A stretch of 64,000 nucleotides of DNA from positions 1,409 to 65,408 of the forward strand of contig CAYTBN010000027.1 in assembly GCA_964436045.1 (NCBI GenBank), in the 5' to 3' direction. Origin of the DNA: an uncultured Rickettsiales bacterium (GTDB taxonomy: Bacteria > Myxococcota_A > UBA796 > UBA9615 > CAYRNR01). Positions 39,197 through 47,135 of the stretch are shown in pieces; position 1 is the stretch's first letter, and every line of letters begins with the position of its first letter. The notes below the pieces were generated by a model that saw only the letters and a program-made list of their open reading frames with translations, did no database searches and had not been told where the DNA came from. Made by a program: the position numbers and the translations under genes.

Positions 39197-40808
39197 CGAT
39201 GAGGTCCTTTGTGGGCGCCTCGGGGAACCGGGGCATGGTGGGACGGATCTGCAGGCCGATGCGGAACCCCACGTAGCCCGGCTTGGGTAGCGCGGGTGGG
39301 TCCACGTAGGCGTCAAGCAGGGCCGAGTCGGGATAGGGGTCGACGGTGAACACCCGCGCCTGGGGCGGCCGCGCGCTCACCGCGATCGGCAGGTTGGCGG
39401 TGAGCGCGACGTTGGGCGTGAACTCGATCACCACACCTGGCTCGATCACGAAGGTCTGGTCGTTGTAGCGCTCGGACGGGGCCCAGTACCAGGGCCCGCT
39501 GAATTCGTAGCGCTCCGGGTTCCCCAGGTCGGGCCACAGCATCACGCCAAACCCGCCGGCGATGGTGGGTTTCACGCGCCACACCGCCACCGGGTAGAAG
39601 CGTAGCTTCCAGGCCATCCCGTAGGTACGGATCTGGCTGCTGCTCTCGATGGGGATCGGGTACGGCTGGACCGCGCCCGGCTCGTCGCCGAATTCGTATT
39701 TCTGCAGGATCACGTTCAGCCGGCTGAAGGTCATCGTGCCGGTGAACTCGAAGTCCAGGAAGGGCGTGATGCCGAAGCCGAGGGTGGCGCCCATCGAAAA
39801 ACCGCTTCCGCGGCGCGGCTGCAGGGTGGACACGCTGTCGGCCACGTTCCGCGGATCGTCCTGCTCGAAGATATAGCTGCCAGTGAAGTCCAGCTCCAGC
39901 GGTCCGAACAGCGAGCCGAACTCGATGCCGATGATCGGCTGGCCGAAGTGGTTGGCGGCCCGGGTCTTCCAGGTGTCCAGGTCCAGACGCGAGTTGTGCC
40001 AGCGGATGTACTGGCTCTTGGTCAGGCCCGCCTCTTCCCAGACGGTGGAGACCAGCTCGGCATCGTCCTGTTCGGCCAGGTCCTGTTCGCTGATGTGTGT
40101 GCGCCGGACCTCGATGCTGCCCGCCAGGGGCTGGTAGGCGCTGTCCGGGAGCATCAGGTCCAGCACCCGCAGCGCCGCGCGCTCCTTCTGGCGGCGGCGG
40201 CGATCCAGCTCCTGACCGTCGAGGCGCGTCTCGTCGGTGAGCTCGTTGCGGTCGTAGGGATCGGCGAGCTCCTCCAGGGTGAGCTCGACCGCCTCGATCA
40301 GGGTGGCGTCATCCTCGACCCCCAGCTGGACCTCGAAGCTGTACTCGAGCTCGGCGAGGCCCACGCCGAGGAAGGTGATAGTCACGATCCGGCGTTCGCC
40401 GTCCAGTCGCACGGAACCGCTGACCACCCGGTCGGCCTCGGCATTCTCGCCCACGATCAGCTGGCAGCCCAGCTCCTGGTCTGGCGGGCAGCCGCGCATG
40501 TAGAGCGACGCGCCGATGGTGGAGTTGCCGTCGTAGATCGCCGGGACGTCGCTGAGTCGGCGGACCGTCAGGTGATCGCGAAGCTCGAGGCCCTCGATCA
40601 GCACCCGGGTCATGCCGGTGGTCGCGTCGACCGAATCCACGTTGGCGGGGAGCAGCGGCACGACCAGCACCGCCTGGGCGGTCCGATCGCCCCGGGGAAG
40701 GGAGTAGTCTTCGGGGCTGTCCTCGTACGACCGGTCGGCGTCCTGCGCTGCCGCCGGACCGCCGATCAGCAGCCCCACCAGGGGCAGCAACCACCTCAGC
40801 TCACGCAC
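39183..40808 (-). CDS. Secreted/outer-membrane-associated hypothetical protein
   Basis: Signal peptide is MRELRWLLPLVGLLIGGPAAAQ. 541 aa. The C-terminal half is rich in alternating aromatic/Gly beta-strand-like segments, suggesting a possible beta-barrel. Confidence 0.5.
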   Translation of the reverse strand: MRELRWLLPLVGLLIGGPAAAQDADRSYEDSPEDYSLPRGDRTAQAVLVVPLLPANVDSVDATTGMTRVLIEGLELRDHLTVRRLSDVPAIYDGNSTIGASLYMRGCPPDQELGCQLIVGENAEADRVVSGSVRLDGERRIVTITFLGVGLAELEYSFEVQLGVEDDATLIEAVELTLEELADPYDRNELTDETRLDGQELDRRRRQKERAALRVLDLMLPDSAYQPLAGSIEVRRTHISEQDLAEQDDAELVSTVWEEAGLTKSQYIRWHNSRLDLDTWKTRAANHFGQPIIGIEFGSLFGPLELDFTGSYIFEQDDPRNVADSVSTLQPRRGSGFSMGATLGFGITPFLDFEFTGTMTFSRLNVILQKYEFGDEPGAVQPYPIPIESSSQIRTYGMAWKLRFYPVAVWRVKPTIAGGFGVMLWPDLGNPERYEFSGPWYWAPSERYNDQTFVIEPGVVIEFTPNVALTANLPIAVSARPPQARVFTVDPYPDSALLDAYVDPPALPKPGYVGFRIGLQIRPTMPRFPEAPTKDLIDDGI

Positions 40809-40876
40809 TGCACTCCCACAGCCATGTCCACGAACGCTGGCAAGAGCCTAGCACACCCCGGAAACACGCCCCCGGA

Positions 40877-41719
40877 TCAGGGGCTCAGGGCAACCCGGTG
40901 GGCGGAGATGTCCCCGGTCATGACGACGCCCAGGATCTCACCCTCGAAGCTGCCCTCCATCTCGTCGGAGGCCACGAACGAACCGGCGTAAGCGGTCGGC
41001 AGATCGAACCAGCCGAGGACGGAGATGCCGATCTCCCCGTCGATGGAGTCGCCGAGGATGTCGCCGCTGATCACCAGGTCCAGATCCAGATCCAGGTAGC
41101 CCGCGATGCTGGCGATGCAGGCGCCGGTACCGTCCAGCACCTCGCCGTAGGGGTCGACGATGAAGTCCACGGCCCCCACGCAGGCGCCGGAGATCGGGAC
41201 GCCCTGGATATCGAGGGCGATGCCGACGTTGACCGTTCCCGAGTAGACGCCGGCGTACTCGTGCTGGACCAGGATCCCACCGACCGCGTAGGTCAGCCGG
41301 TCCCCGTTGGGCAGCTCGGTCTCGGCCTTGATCACGTGCTCGCCGACCGGGAAGTCCTCGAACTCGCCGCTGGCGCCCACGTACTCGAAGGACTCGTCCT
41401 GATCGGTGGTCCAGAGGATCTCGTCGTAGCCCGTGGGATCGCCGTTCTCGTCCAGCACCTCGGCGTCCAGCAGCATCGGCGTGCCCAGCGGCACGAAGTC
41501 GCCCGACTCGGGCGAGTACACGACCAGCTCCGCGCCGTCCCACATGGAGTCGTCGTCCCCTGTGTCGTCGTCGTCGTCATCGTCATCGTCGGTCGGCGTG
41601 TCGTCGTCGCCGGTGTCGTCGTCATCGGCCGGAGGTGCCACGAGCCCCGTCTCCGAGCATCCCGCCAGTCCGAAGAGCAGCACGACAGCGAACACGAACA
41701 TGGTGTGCCAGCGACTCAT
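40877..41719 (-). CDS. Lipoprotein with poly-Asp linker
   Basis: Start MSRWHTMFVFAVVLLFGLAGC (lipobox). The linker PPADDDDTGDDDTPTDDDDDDDDDTGDDD follows. Then a beta-rich domain. Confidence 0.55.
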   Translation of the reverse strand: MSRWHTMFVFAVVLLFGLAGCSETGLVAPPADDDDTGDDDTPTDDDDDDDDDTGDDDSMWDGAELVVYSPESGDFVPLGTPMLLDAEVLDENGDPTGYDEILWTTDQDESFEYVGASGEFEDFPVGEHVIKAETELPNGDRLTYAVGGILVQHEYAGVYSGTVNVGIALDIQGVPISGACVGAVDFIVDPYGEVLDGTGACIASIAGYLDLDLDLVISGDILGDSIDGEIGISVLGWFDLPTAYAGSFVASDEMEGSFEGEILGVVMTGDISAHRVALSP

Positions 41720-41854
41720 CTTCACCTCCTGGCCCGTGAACCCGGCACGCAGTATGGCCCACCCACCCCCCACCGACAAGGGCGCAGCGTGGCCTGGGGC
41801 GGGCTGAATCAGCCTTTTCCTCTCCCCTCCCGGAGCTGCCGTATACTGCCGCTC

Positions 41855-42112
41855 ATGACGAAAAAAACGATGGAGAAGCTGTCGTTCGAGCAGGCGCTGG
41901 TGCGGCTGGAGGAGATCGTGGGGCAGATGGAGGCCGGCGAGGTGACGCTGGATGCCTCGCTGTCGCTGTTCGAGGAGGGGACCGCGCTGTCGCGCCACTG
42001 CACGGGCAAGCTCGACGCGGCGGAGGAGCGGATCCGGGTCCTGACGGACGATGGCGCGGGCGGTATCGCCGAACAGGATCTGGACGGACCCGCCGACGGC
42101 GGGGGCAGCTGA
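41855..42112 (+). CDS. xseB: Exodeoxyribonuclease VII small subunit
   Basis: 85 aa. SFEQALVRLEEIVGQME...LDASLSLFEEG is the canonical XseB sequence. Confidence 0.85.
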   Translation: MTKKTMEKLSFEQALVRLEEIVGQMEAGEVTLDASLSLFEEGTALSRHCTGKLDAAEERIRVLTDDGAGGIAEQDLDGPADGGGS

Positions 42113-42120
42113 GCCCCCCC

Positions 42121-42867
42121 GTGGCCAGGGATCGGCTGCGACTGGATGCCCTGCTGGTGCAGCGGGGAGACGTGCCGTCGAGGGAGCGGGCCCGGGCACT
42201 GATCATGGCGGGCGACGTGCTGGTGGACGACCGGCCGGTGGACAAGCCGGGGACCCGGATCGCGGCGGACGCCACCATCCGGCTGCGGGTCCCCGACCAT
42301 CCCTACGTAGGCCGCGGCGGCGTCAAGCTGGCCGGGGCCCTCGACGACCTGGACGTCTCGGTGTCAGGCCTGCGCTGCCTGGACGTGGGTGCCAGCACCG
42401 GGGGCTTCACCGACTGCCTGCTACAGCGTGGGGCGATCTCGGTGACCGCGGTGGACGTGGGCACCAATCAGCTGGACTGGCGGCTACGCTCCGATCCGCG
42501 GGTCCGCGTCCTGGAGCGAACCGACATCCGCAAGCTGGACCCCGCCGAGGCCGGCGGGCCCTACCCCCTGATCACCATCGACGTCAGCTTCATCTCCCTG
42601 CGCCTGGTCCTGCCGCCGGTCATCGGCCTGCTGGAGCGGTCCGGGCGCGTGCTGGCGATAATCAAGCCCCAGTTCGAGGTGGGACGGGAGCGGGTGGGCA
42701 AGGGCGGCGTGGTGCGGGACCCGGCCGTCCGTCAGGAAGCCATCGACGCTGTGATCGGTGTCGGCGACTCCCTCGGAATGGCGTTCGTGGGCTCGGCCGA
42801 CGCGCGGATCGCCGGCGCGAAGAAGGGCAATCGCGAACACTTCGCGCTGTGGATCTCGGGGGGGTAG
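42121..42867 (+). CDS. tlyA: TlyA-family rRNA 2'-O-methyltransferase
   Basis: S4-like N-terminus (RLDALLVQRG). FtsJ-like MTase motif is LDVGASTGGFTD. Confidence 0.85.
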   Translation: MARDRLRLDALLVQRGDVPSRERARALIMAGDVLVDDRPVDKPGTRIAADATIRLRVPDHPYVGRGGVKLAGALDDLDVSVSGLRCLDVGASTGGFTDCLLQRGAISVTAVDVGTNQLDWRLRSDPRVRVLERTDIRKLDPAEAGGPYPLITIDVSFISLRLVLPPVIGLLERSGRVLAIIKPQFEVGRERVGKGGVVRDPAVRQEAIDAVIGVGDSLGMAFVGSADARIAGAKKGNREHFALWISGG

Positions 42868-42919
42868 CGGAAGGCGGGGCGGTGGGCGGGGCCCGCCGGG
42901 GCCCGCCCCTACCGGTTCC

Positions 42920-43516
42920 CTACAGGTCTTCCATGGGGTGCATCGTGCACTCCGCGAAGTTCCCATCGTAGAAATCGGTGCAGCAGTACCAGACCTCGAA
43001 GTTGTGGCCCAGATTCTCGCAGACGAACAGGGACTCGTCAACCAGCGGCGGCCAGGTCATCGTGTAGTCCAGGTCCAGCCACCAGCTGTCCCAGAAGCCG
43101 TTCAGGTCGTCCCAGCCGAAGCTGTACTCGTCCGTTACCATCTCCCAACCGGGACGCTCGATGCCGCCGTAGTTGCAGGGATCGCCGGCAACGTCGAACC
43201 CCTCGCAGTAGCCCGGGTCCTCGGTCAGGTCCCACATCTCGACCCAGCAGTCCTCGGCCCAACCGTCCATCTCGACGAAGAAGTCGAACGTGCCGCTGGG
43301 CGGCGGCTCGTCCGACGAGCTCGGCACGTCGACCGTGCAGCCGGTCTCCAGATACGCGTTGCCCATGTCGATGGTGCCCGTGTAATCGGGCCGGTCGTCA
43401 TCCGTCGTGTCGTCGTCGTCACCGGCGGAATCGTCGTCATCCTCGACGGTCGGACAACCCCACATGATCAATCCCAAGCCCAGCATCAGCACGAGGAACA
43501 GGTTCGTGTTCTTCAT
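42920..43516 (-). CDS. Lipoprotein with poly-Asp linker and Trp/Cys-rich C-terminal domain
   Basis: GGGAGAGGA RBS precedes the start MKNTNLFLVLMLGLGLIMWGC. The linker is EDDDDSAGDDDDTTDDD. The C-terminal domain has many W/C/D residues (WDDLNGFWDSWWLDLDYTMTW). Confidence 0.55.
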   Translation of the reverse strand: MKNTNLFLVLMLGLGLIMWGCPTVEDDDDSAGDDDDTTDDDRPDYTGTIDMGNAYLETGCTVDVPSSSDEPPPSGTFDFFVEMDGWAEDCWVEMWDLTEDPGYCEGFDVAGDPCNYGGIERPGWEMVTDEYSFGWDDLNGFWDSWWLDLDYTMTWPPLVDESLFVCENLGHNFEVWYCCTDFYDGNFAECTMHPMEDL

Positions 43517-43672
43517 TTGGTCCTCTCCCTTTTTCTCGTTGGCTTCCCCACCGACCCATGAACGGGTCGATACACGCCTCGTATTTTGCGGCAATTTAGC
43601 ATGGGGTCGAGGGCCCTGAACAGGGCACTTCGTTTCCCCATACCGATTTCAGGTTGCTAACATCGCTGATCG

Positions 43673-44083
43673 ATGATGGCAACCCCCCGCCGCCTCCCCA
43701 CCCTGCTCCCGTTGACAGCGCTGTTGCTGATCTCGACCGCCTCCCTCGGCGGGTGCGCCCACCGCCATACCGAAGAGGGCAAGGCCACCTGGTACGGCCC
43801 GGGCTTCGTGGGCAAGCACACCGCCAACGGCGAACGGTTCTGGCCCTGCCGGCTGACGGCCGCGCACAAGACCCTGCCCTTCGACACCCGGGTCAAGGTC
43901 ACCAACCTGGAGAACGGAAAGGTCGTCCGGGTCCGAATCAACGATCGTGGCCCCTTCGGCGAGGGCAGGATCATCGACCTGTCCCGGGCGGCGGCGGCGG
44001 CGATCAAGATGGTACGAGCGGGGGTAGTGAAGGTGGAGATCGAGGTGATCAAGTGGCCGAAGGGGCACAAACCGGAGTCATGA
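43673..44083 (+). CDS. RlpA-like lipoprotein (double-psi beta-barrel)
   Basis: Lipobox SLGGC, then [21 protein letters not shown]...[26 protein letters not shown] (DPBB). Confidence 0.75.
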   Translation: MMATPRRLPTLLPLTALLLISTASLGGCAHRHTEEGKATWYGPGFVGKHTANGERFWPCRLTAAHKTLPFDTRVKVTNLENGKVVRVRINDRGPFGEGRIIDLSRAAAAAIKMVRAGVVKVEIEVIKWPKGHKPES

Positions 44084-44122
44084 CTCGGACTCGGCCACCA
44101 GAAGGAGCCAGAAGGAATATGA

Positions 44123-44222
44123 ACCACAGAGGACACAGAGGACACCGAGAGGAGGGATGGGAACGACGATTCCCTACCCCTTCCCAACCCCTCCTCTGTG
44201 CCCTCTGAGCCCTCTGTGGTTA
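44123..44222. repeat. Long imperfect inverted repeat (about 33-nt arms, about 30-nt loop), purine-rich arm / pyrimidine-rich arm
   Basis: Arm 1 is AACCACAGAGGACACAGAGGACACCGAGAGGAGGG. Arm 2 is CCCCTCCTCTGTGCCCTCTGAGCCCTCTGTGGTT. Arms are largely complementary with a few mismatches/bulges, and each is internally built of 9-mer direct repeats. Confidence 0.6.
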
Positions 44223-44246
44223 ACTTCTTTCCGGACTTGGAGAACG

Positions 44247-45170
44247 ATGCGGCTGCTCGCAACCACCTTCCTCCTCCTCGCCCTACCCTCCCCCGCCCAG
44301 GCACAGCTGGCCAACGACAAGGGGCCGTCGCTGGCGGTGGTGGTGGAGCGGTGTTTCCGTGGGACCGGGGACGACGGGAGCTGGCTGGACCAGCTGGACT
44401 GGGCGGTCCTGTGTGACCTGGCCCAGGATGCCTTCGAGGGCGGCGGGCGCTCGGAGCGCGACGGCTCGGGCGACCCGACCTGGGCGTCTCCTGCGCGAGC
44501 TGCCTTCGACGCCCAGTGGCCCACCGAGCCCGAAGACGACATCGCTCTGCTCGCGCGCGAGCGGCAGCGGCGAGCGTTGGACGCCGGCGTCGAGGCGATC
44601 CAGTCGCTGACCGAACCCTGGGACGCCCGCGGCTCCGCCGACACCGTCCGGGGTGCCACGCTGGAGCTCCACCTCTACGCGCGGATCCTGGATGACGCCA
44701 TCGACGAGGGCGGGCGAGTACACCGACAGCAGGCGCTCATGGCCCAGAATCTGCTGTGGCGCTCGTGCACCACCCTGGCGCTGGCCAGCCCCGGCCGGCG
44801 GACCGCCGTCGAGGGGATCATCGCCGAGACCGTGGAGGCCGCCGCCCCGCACTCGGCTGCCGGCAGCGTGGCCCGCTGGGGCAAGAAGAACCACCACCTG
44901 CTGGTCGCCCCGGCGCTGCTGGCGCCGGCGTCCGCGGACTTCGACGGCCTCCGCACGGAGCTCTCGTGGGGCATCTGGGCGCTACAGGTCAGCTCCGAGC
45001 TGCGCGAGCAACTCTCCCCCGCCGACATCGCGGCCATCCGCGACGTGCTCACGGCCCACAATCACCCCGCCCACATCCGCGCGCTGCGCGACGGCGGCTG
45101 GTCACGCCTCTCCGAGGTCTACCTGATCGGCGTCCTGCAGGCCATCGCCGTCGTGCGCGAGAACGAGTAG
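44247..45170 (+). CDS. Secreted hypothetical protein
   Basis: Signal peptide MRLLATTFLLLALPSPAQA. About 307 aa, alpha-helical, no known motif. Confidence 0.45.
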   Translation: MRLLATTFLLLALPSPAQAQLANDKGPSLAVVVERCFRGTGDDGSWLDQLDWAVLCDLAQDAFEGGGRSERDGSGDPTWASPARAAFDAQWPTEPEDDIALLARERQRRALDAGVEAIQSLTEPWDARGSADTVRGATLELHLYARILDDAIDEGGRVHRQQALMAQNLLWRSCTTLALASPGRRTAVEGIIAETVEAAAPHSAAGSVARWGKKNHHLLVAPALLAPASADFDGLRTELSWGIWALQVSSELREQLSPADIAAIRDVLTAHNHPAHIRALRDGGWSRLSEVYLIGVLQAIAVVRENE

Positions 45171-45179
45171 GGAGGTTGA

Positions 45180-45485
45180 CTAGTACTTGACCCGCTGGAA
45201 GATCAAGGTCTCCTCCTTCTGATCGGTCAGGTAGAGGGTGTTGCCCTCCACGCGGTAGGTCATCGTGACCTCCATGCCGTTCCAGCCGTCGATGGTGATG
45301 TTCGACCCGGCGGTCGAATACGAGCCCACCTGTTCCTGGAACATCACGACGCCACCCGCCGAGAACTCGATCCGCAGCATGGCTCCGGTATCGGCGTTCC
45401 CCATCTGCCATTTGCCGATCAGGGTGCCAGCGGCCAGGGCCTGGGTGGAGAAGACCGCCAGCGCGACCAGCGCCAGCACGATCAT
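45180..45485 (-). CDS. Small secreted hypothetical protein
   Basis: Signal peptide MIVLALVALAVFSTQALA. About 100 aa. Confidence 0.4.
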   Translation of the reverse strand: MIVLALVALAVFSTQALAAGTLIGKWQMGNADTGAMLRIEFSAGGVVMFQEQVGSYSTAGSNITIDGWNGMEVTMTYRVEGNTLYLTDQKEETLIFQRVKY

Positions 45486-45620
45486 CCAAGGGCGACGAGG
45501 TGTCACGGAGACCTCCAGAACGACGCGCGAATCCCTTGCTCGGATGGTAGCACATCCGGCTGTGGGGTCTGCAGACACCGATGGTGAAACCGGAGCGCGG
45601 GGTGGGCGGGTGCTAGCGCA

Positions 45621-46001
45621 TCAGAGGCTCGGGCCGGTGGGATCCTCGTCTTCCAGATCCTGGAAGGATGGCTGCTCGGGCAGCTCGAGATCCTCGCAGG
45701 TCGGCGCCGCGGCCACCGAGAGGTTGGCGGTGATACACCAATCGTAGAGCGCGTTGCGATCCTCGGTCCGGGCCACGACGAGGGCGCGCTCGAAGCGGTC
45801 CAGGCACTTGGAGTGGTACTCCTCCGCCGAATCCGCGCCCACGCTCTGCCACGTGAGGTCCTCGGTACCGCTGTCGTCGGGCGGCACCACACACCCATTG
45901 TAGAAGTCAGTGATGCTGTCGCAGTAGGTCTGGCACGGCGTGTTGCAGCCGGCGAGCACCAGTCCGGCCAGCGCCGGGATCCACCACCATCGTATGTTCA
46001 T
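45621..46001 (-). CDS. Hypothetical lipoprotein (last gene of Tad-like locus operon)
   Basis: Start MNIRWWWIPALAGLVLAGC. Cys-rich. Its start overlaps the cpaF2 stop (ATGA). Confidence 0.5.
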   Translation of the reverse strand: MNIRWWWIPALAGLVLAGCNTPCQTYCDSITDFYNGCVVPPDDSGTEDLTWQSVGADSAEEYHSKCLDRFERALVVARTEDRNALYDWCITANLSVAAAPTCEDLELPEQPSFQDLEDEDPTGPSL

Positions 46002-47134
46002 TTTTTCAGATCCTCCTTGCGCCGGGCCGCCTCGGCCATGTCGGCCATGGCCTTGGGGAGCGCGATCCCTTGAAGCCGGATGTCCTCGGCGAACGCGGGT
46101 ACCCCGCGACATTCGAGACGGCCGATGGGGCCATCCTTGCCCCGGGCCACCACGCGGTACCGGTAGATATCTGTCACCTGATACGAGTTGTCCTTGGTAA
46201 GCGTCAGCACCTCGGAGACGTGGGTCACCTTGCGGGTCCCGTCGGGGAAGCGCTGGATCTGAACCAGCAGGTCGATGGACGACGAGATCTGGGACCGCAG
46301 CGCATGGAGCGGCAGTTGCACATCGCTCATCATGCACAGGGTCTCGATTCGGGCCAGGGCATCGTGGGGGTTGTTGGCGTGGGTGGTGCTCATCGAGCCC
46401 CGGTGACCCGATGTCATCGCCTGGACCAGGTCCAGCGCCTCGGGACCGCGCACCTCGCCGATCACGATCCGATCGGGCCGCATCCGCAGGCTCGTGCGCA
46501 GCAGATCGCGCATGGAGACCTCGCCCCTGCCGTCCCGGTCCGGCGGCCGCGTCTCCAGCGTGATCACGTGGGGCTGCTGCAGCTGGAGCTCGCTGCTGTC
46601 CTCGAGCACGAGGATCCGCTGGTCGAGGGGGATGCGCGTCGACAGCACGTTGAGCAGCGAGGTCTTCCCCGAGCCGGTCCCACCGGTGACCAGCAGGTTG
46701 CGGGAGCTCGCGACGCAGACGCCGAGGAACTCCGCCGTCTCCTCCGACAAGGTCTGCAGCTGGACCAGCTTTTCGATGTTCATCACCTCGCGCTGGAACT
46801 TGCGGATCGCCAGGTAGATGCCTTGCCGGGCAACCGGCGGCATGATCACGGTCACCCGGGCACCGTCGGGCAGGCGGGCGTCGAGCAAGGGCTGCTCGGC
46901 ACTGATGCTCTTGCCCACGAACTGGGCGATGTTGCGCACCGCGGAATCCAGCGCGGCCTCGTCGGGGAACCGCAGCTGGGTCTGGTGCAGTCGCCCCGCC
47001 CGCTCGACGTACACCTCGCTGGCGCCGTTCACCAGGATGTCGGAGACCTTGGGATCCGCCAGCGCCTGGGACACCGGTTGGAGGTGGTCCCGCAGGGTCT
47101 GCGCGAAGATCTCGTTCAGGGATACCTGCGCCAC
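45998..47134 (-). CDS. CpaF/TadA-family secretion ATPase (paralog 2, no FHA domain)
   Basis: Walker A is GGTGSGKTSLLNVL. T2SSE motifs are IVIGEVRGPEALD and MTSGHRGSMSTTHAN. GTG start at 47134 is supported by GGGGAG 7 nt upstream; the track ATG at 47191 would overlap the upstream gene by 56 nt. Confidence 0.8.
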   Translation of the reverse strand: MAQVSLNEIFAQTLRDHLQPVSQALADPKVSDILVNGASEVYVERAGRLHQTQLRFPDEAALDSAVRNIAQFVGKSISAEQPLLDARLPDGARVTVIMPPVARQGIYLAIRKFQREVMNIEKLVQLQTLSEETAEFLGVCVASSRNLLVTGGTGSGKTSLLNVLSTRIPLDQRILVLEDSSELQLQQPHVITLETRPPDRDGRGEVSMRDLLRTSLRMRPDRIVIGEVRGPEALDLVQAMTSGHRGSMSTTHANNPHDALARIETLCMMSDVQLPLHALRSQISSSIDLLVQIQRFPDGTRKVTHVSEVLTLTKDNSYQVTDIYRYRVVARGKDGPIGRLECRGVPAFAEDIRLQGIALPKAMADMAEAARRKEDLKK

Positions 47135-47135
47135 G

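Noticed and set aside
43595-43672. Lower-GC divergent intergenic region with GCCCTG-AA-CAGGGC mini-palindrome as a possible small RNA
   Set aside because: It is too short and sits between two divergent starts. It is most simply a shared promoter region. No extended structure or terminator was seen.
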